A stretch of 64,000 bases of DNA, taken from Malacoraja senta (lineage: Eukaryota). Below are positions 1-54,600 of this stretch, piece by piece (within the stretch, counting starts at the first letter, position 1; the number at the start of each line of letters is the position of its first letter). A program made the translations under genes and the position numbers. The notes under the pieces are model-generated. The model saw nothing but the letters and a program-made list of their open reading frames with translations, did no database searches and was not told the origin of the DNA. The stretch is taken from contig CM075998.1 in NCBI GenBank assembly GCA_038087875.1, positions 3,412,001 to 3,476,000 of the forward strand, read 5' to 3'.

Positions 1-149
1 TCTTTGGCAAACTCAAGACTATTATTGACCAATATAAATGTTGACATAATCACAAGGCCTGTATTGATATTGGGGTAATATCTACAGAAGATTTGTATCA
101 CTGCCAATATCGGTAATTATTGGAGGTGTCCCAATGCCTCTCAGTGGGA

Positions 150-1275
150 GATGACAGTGGTAGAGAAGCTATTGGAGACGATTCTTCAGGATCGGATTGG
201 CCCACTCCCATTTTAAAGAGAGTAGGCTAATTAGGGAGTCAGCATTGCGTTGTACGTGGCAGGTCTCACTAACTTAATCGAGTTTTTTGAGGAGGTGACA
301 AGATGATGGATGTTGTCTACATGGGAGGCTGATCCAGAAGATTAAGATGCATGGGATTCACAGTGACTTGATCATTTGGATTCAGAACTGGCTTACTCAT
401 AGAAGACAGAAGGTTGTGGTGGAAGGTTGTTATTCTGGCTAGAGGTCGGCGACCGGTGTAGTTCTGCCGGGATCTGTGCTGGGACCTCTGTTGTTTGTGT
501 TATATACAACACCAAAATTGCTGGATTTGCGGACGGTGGGGACTGCTATCAAAGTAAATAGTGGGATATTGATCAGCTACAGAAATGGGACGAGAAATGG
601 CAGGTGGAGTTTAACCCGAGCAAGTGTTAAGTGTTGCAACTTGGGAGGTCGAATGCAAGAGGAAAGTATACAGTTCATGGCAAGACCCTTAATAGCATTC
701 ATGCACAGAGGGATCTTGGGGTCCAAGTCCACAGCTCTTGAAAATGGCAAGGTAAGTAGATATAGTGGCAAAGAATGCCTGTCTTCATTCATCAGGGCAT
801 TGAGTATAAGAGTCAGGAAGTCATGATGCAGCTCCATAATACCTTGGTTAGGTCGCATTTGTAATATTGCATGTAGTTCTGGTTGCTGCATTATGGGAAG
901 GATGTGGAGATTTTGGAAAGAGGTTTACCAGTATGCTGCCTGCATTGGCGGGTATTAGCTACAATGAGAGATTGGACTGGGATCGGTTTGTTTTCTCTGG
1001 AGAGGTTGAGGGGAGACCTGATAGAAATATTTTAAATGATGACAGGTATAGTTTGCTTTACACAGCGAGAGCGGTGGGTGTCCGGAAAGGCCTGGCAAGG
1101 GTGGTGGAGACAGATACGATAGCGATGTTTCATAGGCTTTTAGATAGGCACGAGATGCAGAGAATGTTGGAGGAAATGGATCATGTGTAGGCAGAGGAGA
1201 TTAGTTCAACTTGGCATCATGTTCAGCACAGACATTGTGGGCCGAAGGGCCTGTACTGTTCTATATTCTATGACA
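150..1275 (+). mobile_element. Degraded CR1 LINE 3' portion
   Basis: Frameshifted RT remnants (LGPLLF, WIQNWL) and gggccgaagggcctgt tail. Confidence 0.8.
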
Positions 1276-2384
1276 TTTTGGAAGTAATCGGACAGAAGAG
1301 TTCAGGTAGACAAATGGAATTCTAGATTTATAACTAGGGATATTGGATTTCACAGAAACCAGTGAAAGGTTTCTGTTACTATTATAGATACTGAGGGTCT
1401 ATTTGTTAAAGCAAAGGTTACAAAGAGTTTTCTGGGGGCAGTATCTGTATGAACGTATTGAAAAGAATGAAAGTATAGAAAATTGAAAGAAACTATTTCA
1501 ATTGGTAATAACAAAAAAAATAAAATGTTAACACCAAAATAAGAAAGGTCTTGAGAATTTCAAAGAACTGCCAGACATGACGGACCAAATGGCCTCCTAT
1601 TATGATACGGGACTTTTGTTCATTCCTACATTATGCCAGAATCGGGTTGATTTTTGCATTATTAGAAAATTCAGGGTAATTAGTGGATAAAATGTTTGTA
1701 TTGGCATCATTAATTCATATATGCCAATAATTATGGCATTTATTGGAAACATACAATGTCAATATCAGGGTAAACAGCGCATGCAATAAATGCCCATATC
1801 GTGGTCTTATTGGATCAGTATAAAGGTGAGTACTAGGCCAGATATTTGAAATGATGGCATACGTATCTAGGAAATTGTTGATCTGTATTAATGTCTGTCA
1901 GAGTAATTATTTGTGGGTTGAAATGAAAATGTTTAAACTGATGAAATGACAGTATCGGCGTAATTATCTGGTGAATTCCAGGGTTAACGTATAACCAACT
2001 CCCACCCTTGACACTCTTTATGGATGGACAAATGCTTCTGATGAATACAAAGGACTTGGAGAGAGGCATCAATATGACCCTTTCTGTGCTAGGCAGCAAG
2101 AACATATCAATGGAGAGAAGGGAAGAATGTTTCAATGCTGGACTATGGAATACCCTCTGGTAAAGTCACTAATAAGAACATAAGAAATTGCAGGAGTCAA
2201 CTGTTCCCCTCCACCCCCCACCCCCCCCCCCCCCCCCCACCCTTGTGCCTGCTCTGTCATTCAAGAATAAGATCTCTAAAGAAGATCTCTAAAAAATAAA
2301 AACAGAAGATTGAAATGGTTTTCTTTTTGGAACAATTCAAAAACAGAAATATATCATGATCCCAAATATGATGAACAAATCATT

Positions 2385-43471
<41,087 letters not shown>

Positions 43472-44458
43472 CTGGCTGGAATACTGTGAACAGATACAAT
43501 TGTTAGAAGTCACTCTGGGGGCTTCAATAAATGTCTGAGAAAAATATATTAATATACAAAACAAGGGTCATTCTAATCTACAATAAAGCCTCGACAAAGG
43601 AAGATCAATGTACACGAGAGCACCAAACTATGAAGTGCTTACTGTTATCTGTGACTGTTATTTTGAAGGACACATTTATTGTTGTCCTTTCAATTTTCTC
43701 CCCCCCAAAGTACCAATTCTTGTTGAATACTGCTCCGCTTTGACAAGGTTCCGCATGTTAGGCTGCTTGGGAAAGTTAGATCGCACGGGAGCCAGGGAAA
43801 GCTAGCCGACTGGACAGAGAATTGGCTGCATAGAAGGAAGGAGAGGGTGATGGTGGAAGTAGGGTATCTGAAGAAGGGTCTCGACCCGAAATGTCACCCA
43901 TCCCTTCTCTCCAGAGATGCTGCCTGTCCCCGCTGAGTTACTCCAGCTTTTTGTGTCTATCTTCAGGTGATGGTAGAAGATTGTTTTTTTCAGACTGGAG
44001 GCCTAGAGGACTAGTGGTGTGCCTCAGGGATCGCTGCTGAGCTTTATAGGACATTGGAAAAGGCTGCATTTGGAGTAATAGAAAAAATCAAACATTAGAC
44101 GGCAAGGCGAGAGGGGCAAATTTTAAAGGACATGTGCGGGACAACTTTTTTTTACAGTGGTGAGTGTCTGGAACCTGCTTCCGGGGGATAGTGGCCCCCT
44201 GGATAAGACTCTTTTGGATAGGCGGAAGGATATCCATGATTTGGGCTATATACAGGTAAATCAGAGATGGTCTTGGCACCTTGTTTCGCACACACATTGT
44301 GGGCCAAAGGACCTGTTCCTGTGCTGTATTATTTGGTGTTCCTGCCTCAACCTGCATACTGGGGGGGGGGGGGGCACTGCACACAATTCTCACCACCAAC
44401 ATCCCCACCACAATTCAAGATAATCTACTCACTGTTCCTGCAAACGTTCCATTTCTAA

Positions 44459-44799
44459 TCGGCCTGTCCCACTTACGCGACTTTTTTAGCGACTGCCGGC
44501 ACCCATCATAGGCCGTTACAGGTCGCTGAAAATTTTCAACACGTTGAAAATCCAGCGGCGACCAGAACAAGGTACAACTCTTTGGGCGACTACTCACGAC
44601 TATATAGGCTTCACCCCGCGACATGTCGCCAGGGTGTCGCCTGTATGGTCGTGAGTAGTCTTCTCGGTCGCCCAAAGAGTCGCAGCGTCTTTCTGGTCGC
44701 CGCTGGATTTTCAACATGTTGAAAATTTTCGCCGACCTGCAACGACCTATGACTGGTGCCGGCAGTCGCCGAAAAAGTCGCGTAAGTGGGACAGGCCCT
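44459..44799. mobile_element. Palindromic MITE, PIF/Harbinger-like
   Basis: TIRs GGCCTGTCCCACTTACGCGACTTTT / AAAAGTCGCGTAAGTGGGACAGGCC; almost the whole element is self-complementary; flanked by TAA / TTA. Confidence 0.85.
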
Positions 44800-47199
44800 T
44801 TACTAACCCTCTCAACACCCTGATACCCATGTTTCCTCACAATTCAAAACAAATTGCTTGTCTTTGCTGTAACATTTTAGGTAACCATTTCTACCTGAAA
44901 CCATACTGACATTTTGACTTGGTTGTGAGCCACTCTCATGACTGCAGTTAAATGTTATATAATTGAATGGCATAATACAGGTCAATTGCCCCAAACGGTA
45001 AACTCCCGATTTCAAATCAACAACTTGAATTTATCAGAATTTTTTAAAAGACTGATGAGAATTTCCACTGATCTTTTATGACCTTGAGGCACTGTAATAT
45101 AGTTTACAACCAATGAAATTATTTTGGAGTATACTGCAGGAAACCCAGTAGCCAATATTTTGATTTTAATTTTTTTTTTAGTTGAGTTTATTTATTTATT
45201 GTCACGTGTACCGAGGTACAGTGAAAAGCTTTTGTTGCGTGCTAACCAGTCAGCGGAAAGACTATATACATGATCACAATCGAGCCTTGCACAGTGTACA
45301 GATAGATACATGATAAAGGGAATAACGTGAATAACTTTAGTGCAAGATAAAGCTAGCCATGATCACAGAAAGCTCCCGCAAGCAACAATGTATCGGGTAT
45401 TCACTGTCACCAAAGTACATTTAAAATGCAGTCACCATTGTGTAATGAAATAATGCAACAAGATACACAAGATCCCCACATCCACGCAATTTGATTAGTT
45501 TTAAAAAAACAATTTGTGATAATGGCCAAAATATGTTTTATATTAATTACAAAATTAATATTGGCCAGGAACTCCTCCCTGCTCTTCGTCAACGTGATGC
45601 GATAGTCAATTCCAAACCAAAACATCCCATATTACCATGGGACAGTGGAGATAAATAATAAAAAAAATTTAAATGGTAAATGTTACTAATCCAGGACTAA
45701 TCCACGGAGAGGTCAAAAGGGTGAGTGAAATAATCCGTCAACAAGATGGTTCAGAGAACAAGGTTCTGCACAACCTTTTAAAGATGATGAGAGAGATTAT
45801 GGAGGTGAGAATGGAGAGTTTGGTTTAGCAATGTCTATTTAGCATTTAAAAGACAGTTAAGTGGCTAGGAAAGGTTTAGAGGGATGTGGGCCAAATGCAG
45901 GCAGAAGGGACAAACATAGATGGGACACCTTGGTCAGCAGGGCCTGTTTCGCATTGTATGGCTCTATGACTCTACGACCCTAACTTAGACCCAAGATGGA
46001 GGCACACAAACAAAATCAGACTGCTGTGGGCAGTTGCCAAGTGGGAGAGAGAATCCGTTGCCAGGGGTGGTGAAAGCAGATAAAATGGTGGCCTTTAAGA
46101 GGATTTTAGATGGCGCACGGATATTCAGTGAATGGAGGGATACGGATCACGTGCAGGCAGAGGAGATGAACTGGGCATTGTCTGGCACGGACATTATGGG
46201 CTGAAGGACTTGCTCCTGTGCTGTACTGTTTTATTTTCCTGCATCCAAACAGGACTGCAAGCAGAGATCAGTGGATAAGAAAGTCTTGAGTCATAGGAAA
46301 AAATCAGTAGCAGACCCCGAATAATAATGAATCTAAGCGATGGAGAATCATATCCTAGGTATTACGATATTCTAACATCCCCTATAAAAATACCTGCCAG
46401 AAAGTTAATTCCGAACATTTCTGGTGATCTGTTCTTGCCACAAGATCCAGTGTGGGGAGAGGCTTTCTTTGACCTGATGCTGATGCCATCTCAAATTCTG
46501 AAGACTGGGATCAGTCCCCAGGATTGTGCTTCCCCAGTATGTCTCATGCAACTCATGTTGAGTTGCACTTTGCATTCCATTGTGGGTCTGGACTATACTG
46601 AAAAGTATTTTTTAAAAGGTGCCAGTAACATCTTGGCTGGTTTCCCCATCATTCGAGGCACCTATAGTTTTGGATTGTCCTATTTTGTCTCAGTAACAGG
46701 AAAAAGAGTTAATTGATGGTGTTTGTATTGGAAGTGTCATATAAATTCCAACACCCCCACCAGAATTTCAGGTAGGTAATGATCCACGAATAAAAGATTC
46801 TGTCCAAATTCCACCGGCATCACAGTTTTCACACTCAAAATCAAGAGGACTTTACAGTAGGTGGAAAACCCTTAATTGAACTATTCTTTCCACCTTCCAT
46901 CACAGTGAGGAATGTGGAGGAGTCACCGTGGTGGATGTTTATTTTAAAATGTATTTTGTGTGTTATGTTGCTTTTTATTTGTATGACTGACTTGGCAAAT
47001 GAAATTCCTCGTATGTTGCAAAACATACTTGCCTAATAAAGTATTATTGTATTGTATAAAATGGCGAAAAGAGCCATTGACCTGAAAGATGAATTCTGTT
47101 CCCTTCTCCACAGATGGTGTCGAATAGTCTTTCTGGTTCTCAGCATCCACGCTATTTTGTGGTTATAAGATTTTAAAGACGAGCGCAAAGAGTCTTTAA

Positions 47200-48110
47200 A
47201 TAAACGTCCAGGTAGATTTAACGCATGTTGAAGCAGGAACATAACGGCACAGAGCGGAGTCCGAAAGCAATAAAGCGCAGAGCAGCCACAAACCAAGGTC
47301 CGACGCTGAGTAAATGAGGTGTATTTTGAAGCTGAATTAACCTCACGGCGATTTAGGTCTAAGCCTGTCCTCTGGGGGTTTGCTTTTGTTTTTGGATTGG
47401 GAAAATCTGTGAGAAATGTTTACGTAGATTCCGAAAATAAAACTGCAGCTTTTGGACTGGATCTTTATTGAAGATTCGTGAAAGGAACGGGAGGGAAAAG
47501 GCCCGGGCGGCAGCGAGGAGCCGCGGGAAAAAATGACTCACACAGTCCGCCTTTCATCTTCTAATTCCTCTGACAATTAACGTTTATAAATCATGGTGAG
47601 AGCGGATGCGGGGTGTTTTTTTGGTGTGTGAGTGAGGGATTCAGTCGTCTGTTCAGTGTGGATTGCTGAGGCGACGTGTGGACAGCGGGACGAGGCAGCC
47701 TGCCCGGGCCCGGCCTAGGAGCGCAGGCGAAGCCTCCGGGCCGGGCCTTCCCCCTCCCCTCCCCCCTCGCCTCCGCCCCCTCCCCCGGATCCAGGCTCCG
47801 GGCGCCCACTCCCTCGGCTCCAAGTGAGGATCGAGTGACTCACCGGGAGAGGCGCTCCTCACAGCATTCGATTAGCTCCGGCTCCGTCCCGGCGACAAAA
47901 AATTAACAACAACAACACACACACACACACAAAAAAAAGACAGCGACCGCAGCGGAAAAGAACACACAAGGGCTAGCGAGCACGCCGGGAAATGCCGCGT
48001 CCATCTCACGGCGGGATCTGAAGCCCGCGCCGCCATGACACTCACTGGCAAATGCCGCCCGGCCGCCCGCACTGCGCGCCGCCGCCATATTTGTTACTGG
48101 CGGGTTCCAC
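47200..48110 (-). promoter_or_regulatory. CpG-island promoter and non-coding first exon(s) of the ZNF148-like gene
   Basis: Sharp rise in GC and CpG; GC boxes at 47750-47790; YY1-type GCCGCCATATT at 48081-48091; minus-strand GTGAGT donors at 48045, 47843 and 47541. Confidence 0.8.
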
Positions 48111-49469
48111 AAGTTCCAGGAGCACATTAAGGCCACTCGGCCCATCAAGTCCACCCCACCATTCAATCATGGCTGATCTATCTTTCTCTCCTAACCCCAT
48201 TCTCCTTATAACCCTTGACACCCGTACTAATCAAGAATCTGTCTTCTTCTTTCGTGTACAGCCTAAAGTTGTTGGACAACTTGATCTTCCGTTTGTGCAC
48301 GTCGAGTTGATTGCATTAGTCGAAACACGTGAAGGTTGCAATCTTCCACCCCAAGAATCTGTCCATCTCTGCCTTTAAAATACCCACTGACTTGGCCTCC
48401 ACAGCCGTCTGTGGCAATGAATTCCACAGATTCACCACCCTCAGACTAAAGAAATTCCTCCTCATCTCCTTTCTAAAGGTACGTCCTTTTGTCCCGAGAC
48501 GATGGCCTCTTTTCCCCGACTCCCCCACTAGTGGAAACATCCTCTTTACATCCACTCTATCCAAGCCTTTCACTCTCCAGCGAGTGTAGTCCCAGTGCCG
48601 TCAAACGCTCATTATATGTTAACCCAATCATTCTCGTAAACCTCCTCTGGACCCTCTCCAAAGCCAGCACCTACTTCCTCAGATATCAGAATTGCTTGCA
48701 AAACTGCTCACTATAATCCAGATGTAGTTTAACCGGTGCATTATAAAGCCTCAGCATTACATCCCTGATTTTGTATTCCAGCCCTCTCGAAATAAGAAAT
48801 TCCACAGATTCACTGCCCTCTAACTGAAGAAATTCCCTCTCATCTCCTTTCAGAAGGTGCCTCCTTTTAGTGCTGGACTTAGTGAAGATCCTTAAAGTAT
48901 GATCATTGTTACCATGTTAAGAAATACAGCAGAGTGTTTTGTGCACATCAAGATATCACAACCATATTATTATGACCAGATGATGTTGGTTTCAGTGATG
49001 CTGATTGAGAGTTATGTGTTGGCCTGGCTACCAGGATAACTGCCCTGCTCTTCAAAACTGTTCCATGGCATCTTCTGTCACTCACTTAGCAGAGAGTAGA
49101 TGAGGCAGTACCTATCTCAGAATTAAAGGACGTTCCTTTAGGAAGGAGATGAGGAGGAATTTCTTTAGTCAGAGGGTGGTGAATCTGTGGAATTCTTTGC
49201 CAAAGGCAGCTCTGGAGGCCAAGTCAATGGATATTTTTAAGGCAGAGATAGATTCTTGATTAGTACAGATGTCAGGGGTTATGGGGAGAAGGCAGGAGTA
49301 TGGGGTTAGGAGGGAGTGCACCAAGGCAAATTCATTGTATGTATACATACTTGGCTAATACAATTTACTCAATTCAATTAGATCAGCCATGGTTCAATGG
49401 CAGAGGAGACTTGATGGGCCAAATGGCCTAATTCTGCTCCTATGACCTATGACCTTAGGAGAGCCTTAT

Positions 49470-50000
49470 CTGCTGCCCATTAGAGATTACTGATCTTGAG
49501 GAGCGTTTTAAATCACATTTTGCCATTTTTAATAATAAGGCAGCTATTGATAGACGTGCCGTGACTACCTCAGGCCAATAACACCAATCTTTTATCTGAT
49601 TTGAAGGACTTAAAAGCTATTGATGGTTTTAAAAAGTAAGTGCGGCGTGCATGCATTTATGGGTTATCTCCAGCCAACGTTCGCAAGATGGACATCAATG
49701 TTAGCGAGGATGTTTTCTTCTTGGGTTCGAGGGGGTAAGACTCCCGACTGCATTGAGAAATGCTGCGTGATCCGTATTCCAAATTTGGATAATCCAATTA
49801 ATGTACTGCAGAAAATGAATAATTGGAGACCAATTAAAATTGGGCCAATTTTATTGAGGATGTACACAAAAACATTGGCAAAACTATGCCTTGACCTAGG
49901 GGCCCATCCAGGACACTTGGGGAAGATGGTGGCCAGCTTTCGAGGAATGCAAATATTCACACAAGAACTTAAGGCCGAAGTGGAGAAGCATTCCATGTGA
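49470..50000 (+). mobile_element. R2-clade non-LTR retrotransposon RT remnant
   Basis: LARMFSSWVRGGKTPDCIEKCCVIRIP...NNWRPIKIGPILLRMYTKTLAK resembles R2 RT motifs 0-2 (NNWRPITIGS-LLR). Confidence 0.6.
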
Positions 50001-51261
50001 ACAGCAGTTGAATACGAGTTAATTGAACAAACTCAATTCCGACAGGACGGGCAATGGCCTCTGGTCACCAGATGGTCGCCTCTGGTCATCAAGTGCGGTA
50101 ACGCAAACGATCCCAGCGAAGTCAGCGGGAGCCCAGGGACGAGTTTTCTTTGCTTTGTGAAGGGCAGGACAATACATGCAAGGAGGTCAGCCCTGGTCCA
50201 CTCAATCGCTCCTCACTTGACACATCCACCCTTCCCTTGAACCAGTCCGGTGCACCTTTGCTGCTGCTCTGTACATCTTTGCATATTCCTGCACCTATTG
50301 TCTATTGAGCTGTTCAAAGCATGGAGTACTATTCATCTCTCTACACTTCAAAGCAACGCCTGGCCTATTCAAGCAGAGCAGCTTTATTTTCTGGTAAACG
50401 TCAGACACTGCATCTGTGCAGAGGGAAAGACTGAGAATTTTGGGCAGCTGAACGAAACAAGGAGTGTACAGATACATTGAGTCTGTAACCATTTGAAAGG
50501 CAGGTTCATTGTGTACAGAGCCTTGGTGACATGGCTGTTCCACATGTTCTTTTAATTCTTTAACTGTCCCGATTCAGTCATGGGACCAGTCACAGAACAA
50601 TACAGGACAGGAACAGTCCCTTCGGCCTGCCATCCCTATGCCGACCATGATATTGAATATAGACACAAACAGCTAGAGTAACTCAGCAGGTCAGACAGCA
50701 TCTAAGGAGAAAAGGAATAGGTGACGTTTCGGCTCGAGACCTTTCTTCACATCTGCTGCCTGGATAAGTTCATGTCACGGTTCAGGGCCCGAGTTTGCAG
50801 CCGGTTGACATTATTCAGTGGGCTGCTCCTGAACATCCGGCTATTCCTCAGTCCCACCTCCTGCTGGTCTTTGGATACCTCCCCCCAATGCACGTCCCGG
50901 TATGGCACAAGAGAATGAATCTTACAATACATAGCAGCAAGCTTGATCCCCTTCTGCTCTACAGATGTTGGACCTCCATTAGTAGGAGCTACTCCAAAAA
51001 CGTACAGCTCTGCAGATTAATAGGCTTGGTATAATTGTAAATTGTCCCTAGTGTGCGCAGGATAGCGTCAGTGTGCGGGGATCACTGGTCATCGTGGACT
51101 CGGTGGGCCGAAGGGCCTGTTTCTGCGCTGTATCTCTAAACCAAACTAGATTAGTCACATCTATGCGAGACAAAGAGACAGCTCTGGTTCTGGGCTCACA
51201 ATCCGCCAAAACCTTTCTAACCACATCCAGCTCTTGCAACCAACCTTTAACTCACTTGGTC

Positions 51262-51267
51262 TTTATT
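51262..51267 (-). terminator. Candidate polyadenylation signal (AATAAA) of the CSAD-like gene
   Basis: First AATAAA on the minus strand, about 170 nt after the stop. Confidence 0.55.
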
Positions 51268-51439
51268 CAGCAAAAAGCAACAAAAATACAATATTTTGCC
51301 AAGCTAAACTACTTAATCAAGTGGTGGAGAAAAAAAGAAAAGAAAAAAAGCCGACAGGTTCTTCAAGGGTTCAGGGGGCAACTAGTAGAGGGTCATCTAA
51401 ACTTGGTCCAAACTCTTCAGGCAACAGACAGGTCACGCA

Positions 51440-51622
51440 TCAGTGCGGCTGGAAGTCCCTTCCAAGGTGCTCGATTTCATCCAAGAAAAATTCCAGGTCA
51501 TCTAGGCTGATCTGCGGGCTGATCAGGATCTGCCGGAAGAAGTTCACGTAGGTTCCTTGTTGCTGGTAACCAACCATCATGGTACCTTGCTTCACCATCC
51601 GTTCCTTGATGAATGGAGCCAC
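51440..51622 (-). CDS. CSAD: CSAD-like last coding exon ([20 protein letters not shown]...GRDFQPH*)
   Basis: tttgtttttag|GTGGCT; stop TGA at 51440-51442. Confidence 0.92.
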   Translation of the reverse strand: MAPFIKERMVKQGTMMVGYQQQGTYVNFFRQILISPQISLDDLEFFLDEIEHLGRDFQPH

Positions 51623-54600
51623 CTAAAAACAAATGAGACCATTGTCAGTGAACAGAATAGATTAAATACAACCATCCTTTGTTAAATTCCCCTCTCTGCC
51701 ACCTCACCACCACCAGGGGACGCCGCACGATGGCAGCCTCGCCAACAGTCTGTTTTTTTGGTCATTTTTTTGTTATTTTTAAGTGTGTTTTAAAAGTATG
51801 TGTTCATGTTCTCTGGTTTGTTTTATGTGGGGGGTGGGGGAGAGAGTCGTGGAAAACTTTTTTTTCAGTCTCTTACCTTGCCGTAGATGCGATTGTTTTC
51901 GGGATTGTATCTCCGGTCGCTCTGCGGCCTAACATCATGGAGCTGGAGGCCTTGCTCGGGACTGACTTTTAGCCCCACCGTGGGGACGTGGACTTACCAT
52001 CGGAGCCGATCCCTTGCCTGGGATCGACACTCCAACCGCGGCCTGCGATTTCACCATCGAGGAGCTCGCAGTCTCGAGTAGAGACCAATGTTGGGAGCTC
52101 CAAACGACGCAGAAGGTTTCGACCATCCCCGACCCGGGGTCCGATCGCCCGGCGCGGGGGAGCTGAGATTTCCCCCCCGATGCAGGAGCTTGATCGCCCC
52201 GACGCAAGGGCCCGACCGCTGGCTACGGGAGCCAAGATCGCCCCGTCAGCAGAAGGCTCGAGGCCCCTGACCGCGGGAGAACAAAGAAGGGAAGAGATTT
52301 AACTTTTTTTTTCGCCTTCCATCACAGTGAGGAATATGGAGGAGTCACTGTGGTGGATGTTTATGTTAAAATGTATTTTGTGTATTCTGTTGCTTTTTAT
52401 TGGTATGACTGTATGGCAAATGAAGTTCCTCTTATGTTGCAAAACATACTTGGCTATTAAAGCATGATTATGATCAGACAAGGTTTCAACGTGTCCAAGA
52501 TATCCTGAAAGGGCAGGAAGAGGAGCCCGAGGTCGTGGTACATATAGATACCAATGACATAGGTAAAAAAAGAGAAGAGGTCCTGAAAGGAGAATTTAGG
52601 GAGTTAGGAGGGGAGTTAAAGAGAAGGACAGCAAAGGTAACAATCTCGGGATTACTGCCTGTGCCACGCAACAGTGAGAGTAGGAATGGAGCGAGGTGGA
52701 CGATAAATGCGTGGCTGAAGGACTGGTGCAGAAGGCAGGGATTCAAATTTCTGGATCATTGGGACCTCTTTTGTGGAAGGTTCGACCTGTACAAAAAGGA
52801 TGGGTTGCACTTGAACCTGAGGGGGACCGATATCCTGGCGGGGAGATCTGCAAAGGCTACTGGGGAGACTTTAAACTAGAATGGTTGGGGGAGGGACTCA
52901 AATAGACAATGCTATTAGACAGTGTGTGAGGCAGGAGGCAGAGAAGGAAAGCACTCAGACCCAACAATAAAGAAGAAAACAATAATAAACAGAGAATACG
53001 AGGTGGTGGGGTTCTTAAATGGGTGAGCAGAGAAACAGAGGGGTGTAAAATGCGGGCGGAAGCAATAGGTAGCAAGGTGAAAAGTAAAAGTGGCAGGCAG
53101 ACAAATCCAGGGCAAAAATCAAAAAGGGCCACTTTTCAACATAATTGTATAAGGGGTAAGAGCGTTGTAAAAACAAGCCTGAAGGCTTTGTGTCTCAATG
53201 CAAGGAGCATTCGTAATAAGGTGGATGAGTTGAACGTGCAGATAGCAATTAATGATTATGATATAGTTGGGATCACGGAGACATGGCTCCAGAGTGACCA
53301 AGGCTGGGAGCTGAACATCCAGGGATATTCAATATTCAGGAGGGATAGAGAGAAAGGAAAAGGAGGTGGGGTAGCGTTGCTGGTTAGAGAGGAGATTAAC
53401 GCAGTGGAAAGGAAGGACATTAGCTTGGAGGATGTGGAATCGGTATGGGTAGAGCTGCGAAACACTAAGGGGCAGAAAACGCTGGTGGGTGTCGTGTACA
53501 GGCCACCTAGCAGTAGTAGTGAAGTTGGGGATGGCATCAAACAGGAAATTAGAAATGCGTGCAACAAAGGCAAAACAGTTATAATGGGTGACTTCAATCT
53601 ACATATAGATTGGGTGAATCAAATTGGCAGGGGTGCTGAGGAAGAGGATTTCTTGGAATGTATGCGGGATAGTTATCTAAACCAACATGTAGAGGAACCA
53701 ACGAGAGAGCAGGCTATTCTAGACTGGGTATTGAGTAATGAGGAAGGGTTAGTTAGCAGTCTTGTTGTGCGTGCCCCCTTGGGCAAGAGTGACCATAATA
53801 TGGTTGAGTTCTTCATTAGGATGGAGAGTGACATTGTTAATTCAGAAACAACGGTTCTGAACTTAAAGAAAGGTAACTTTGAGGGTATGAGACGTGAATT
53901 GGCCAAGATTGACTGGCAATTACTTCTAAAAGGGTTGACGGTGGATATGCAATGGAAGGCATTTAAAGACTGCATGGATGAACTACAAAAATTGTTCATC
54001 CCAGTTTGGCAAAAGAATAAATCAGGGAAGGTAGTGCATCCGTGGATAACAAGGGAAATCAGGTATAGTATCAAAGCAAAAGATGATGCGTACAAATTAG
54101 CCAGAAAAAGCAGCATACCAGAGGACTGGGAGAAATTCAGAGACCAGCAGAGGAGGACAAAGGGCTTAATTAGGAAAGGGAAAATAGATTATGAAAGGAA
54201 ACTGGCAGGGAACATAAAAACTGACTGCAAAAGTTTTTATAGATATGTGAAGAGAAAGAGATTAGTTAAAACAAATGTAGGTCCCTTGCAGTCAGAAACA
54301 GGTGAATTCATCATGGGGAACAAGGATATGGCGGACCAATTGAATAACTACTTTGGTTCCGTCTTCACTAAGGAAGACATAAATAATCTGCCGGAAATAG
54401 CAGGGGGCTGCGGGTCAAAGGAGATGGAGGAACTGAGTGAAATCCAGGTTAGTCGGGAAGTGGTGTTGGGTAAATTGAATGGATTAAAGGCCGATAAATC
54501 ACCAGGGCCAGATAGGCTGCATCCCAGAGTACTTAAGGAAGTAGCTCCAGAAATAGTGGATGCATTAGTGATAATTTTTCAAAACTCTTTAGATTCTGGA

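Noticed and set aside
2205..2242. G-quadruplex in the ZNF 3' UTR
   Set aside because: Homopolymer tract inside a repeat remnant; similar poly-G/C runs occur throughout the window and their lengths are error-prone.
49452..49468. Possible 28S R2 target-site remnant (ccttaggagagcc)
   Set aside because: Too short and mismatched, and it overlaps the tail of a CR1 fragment.
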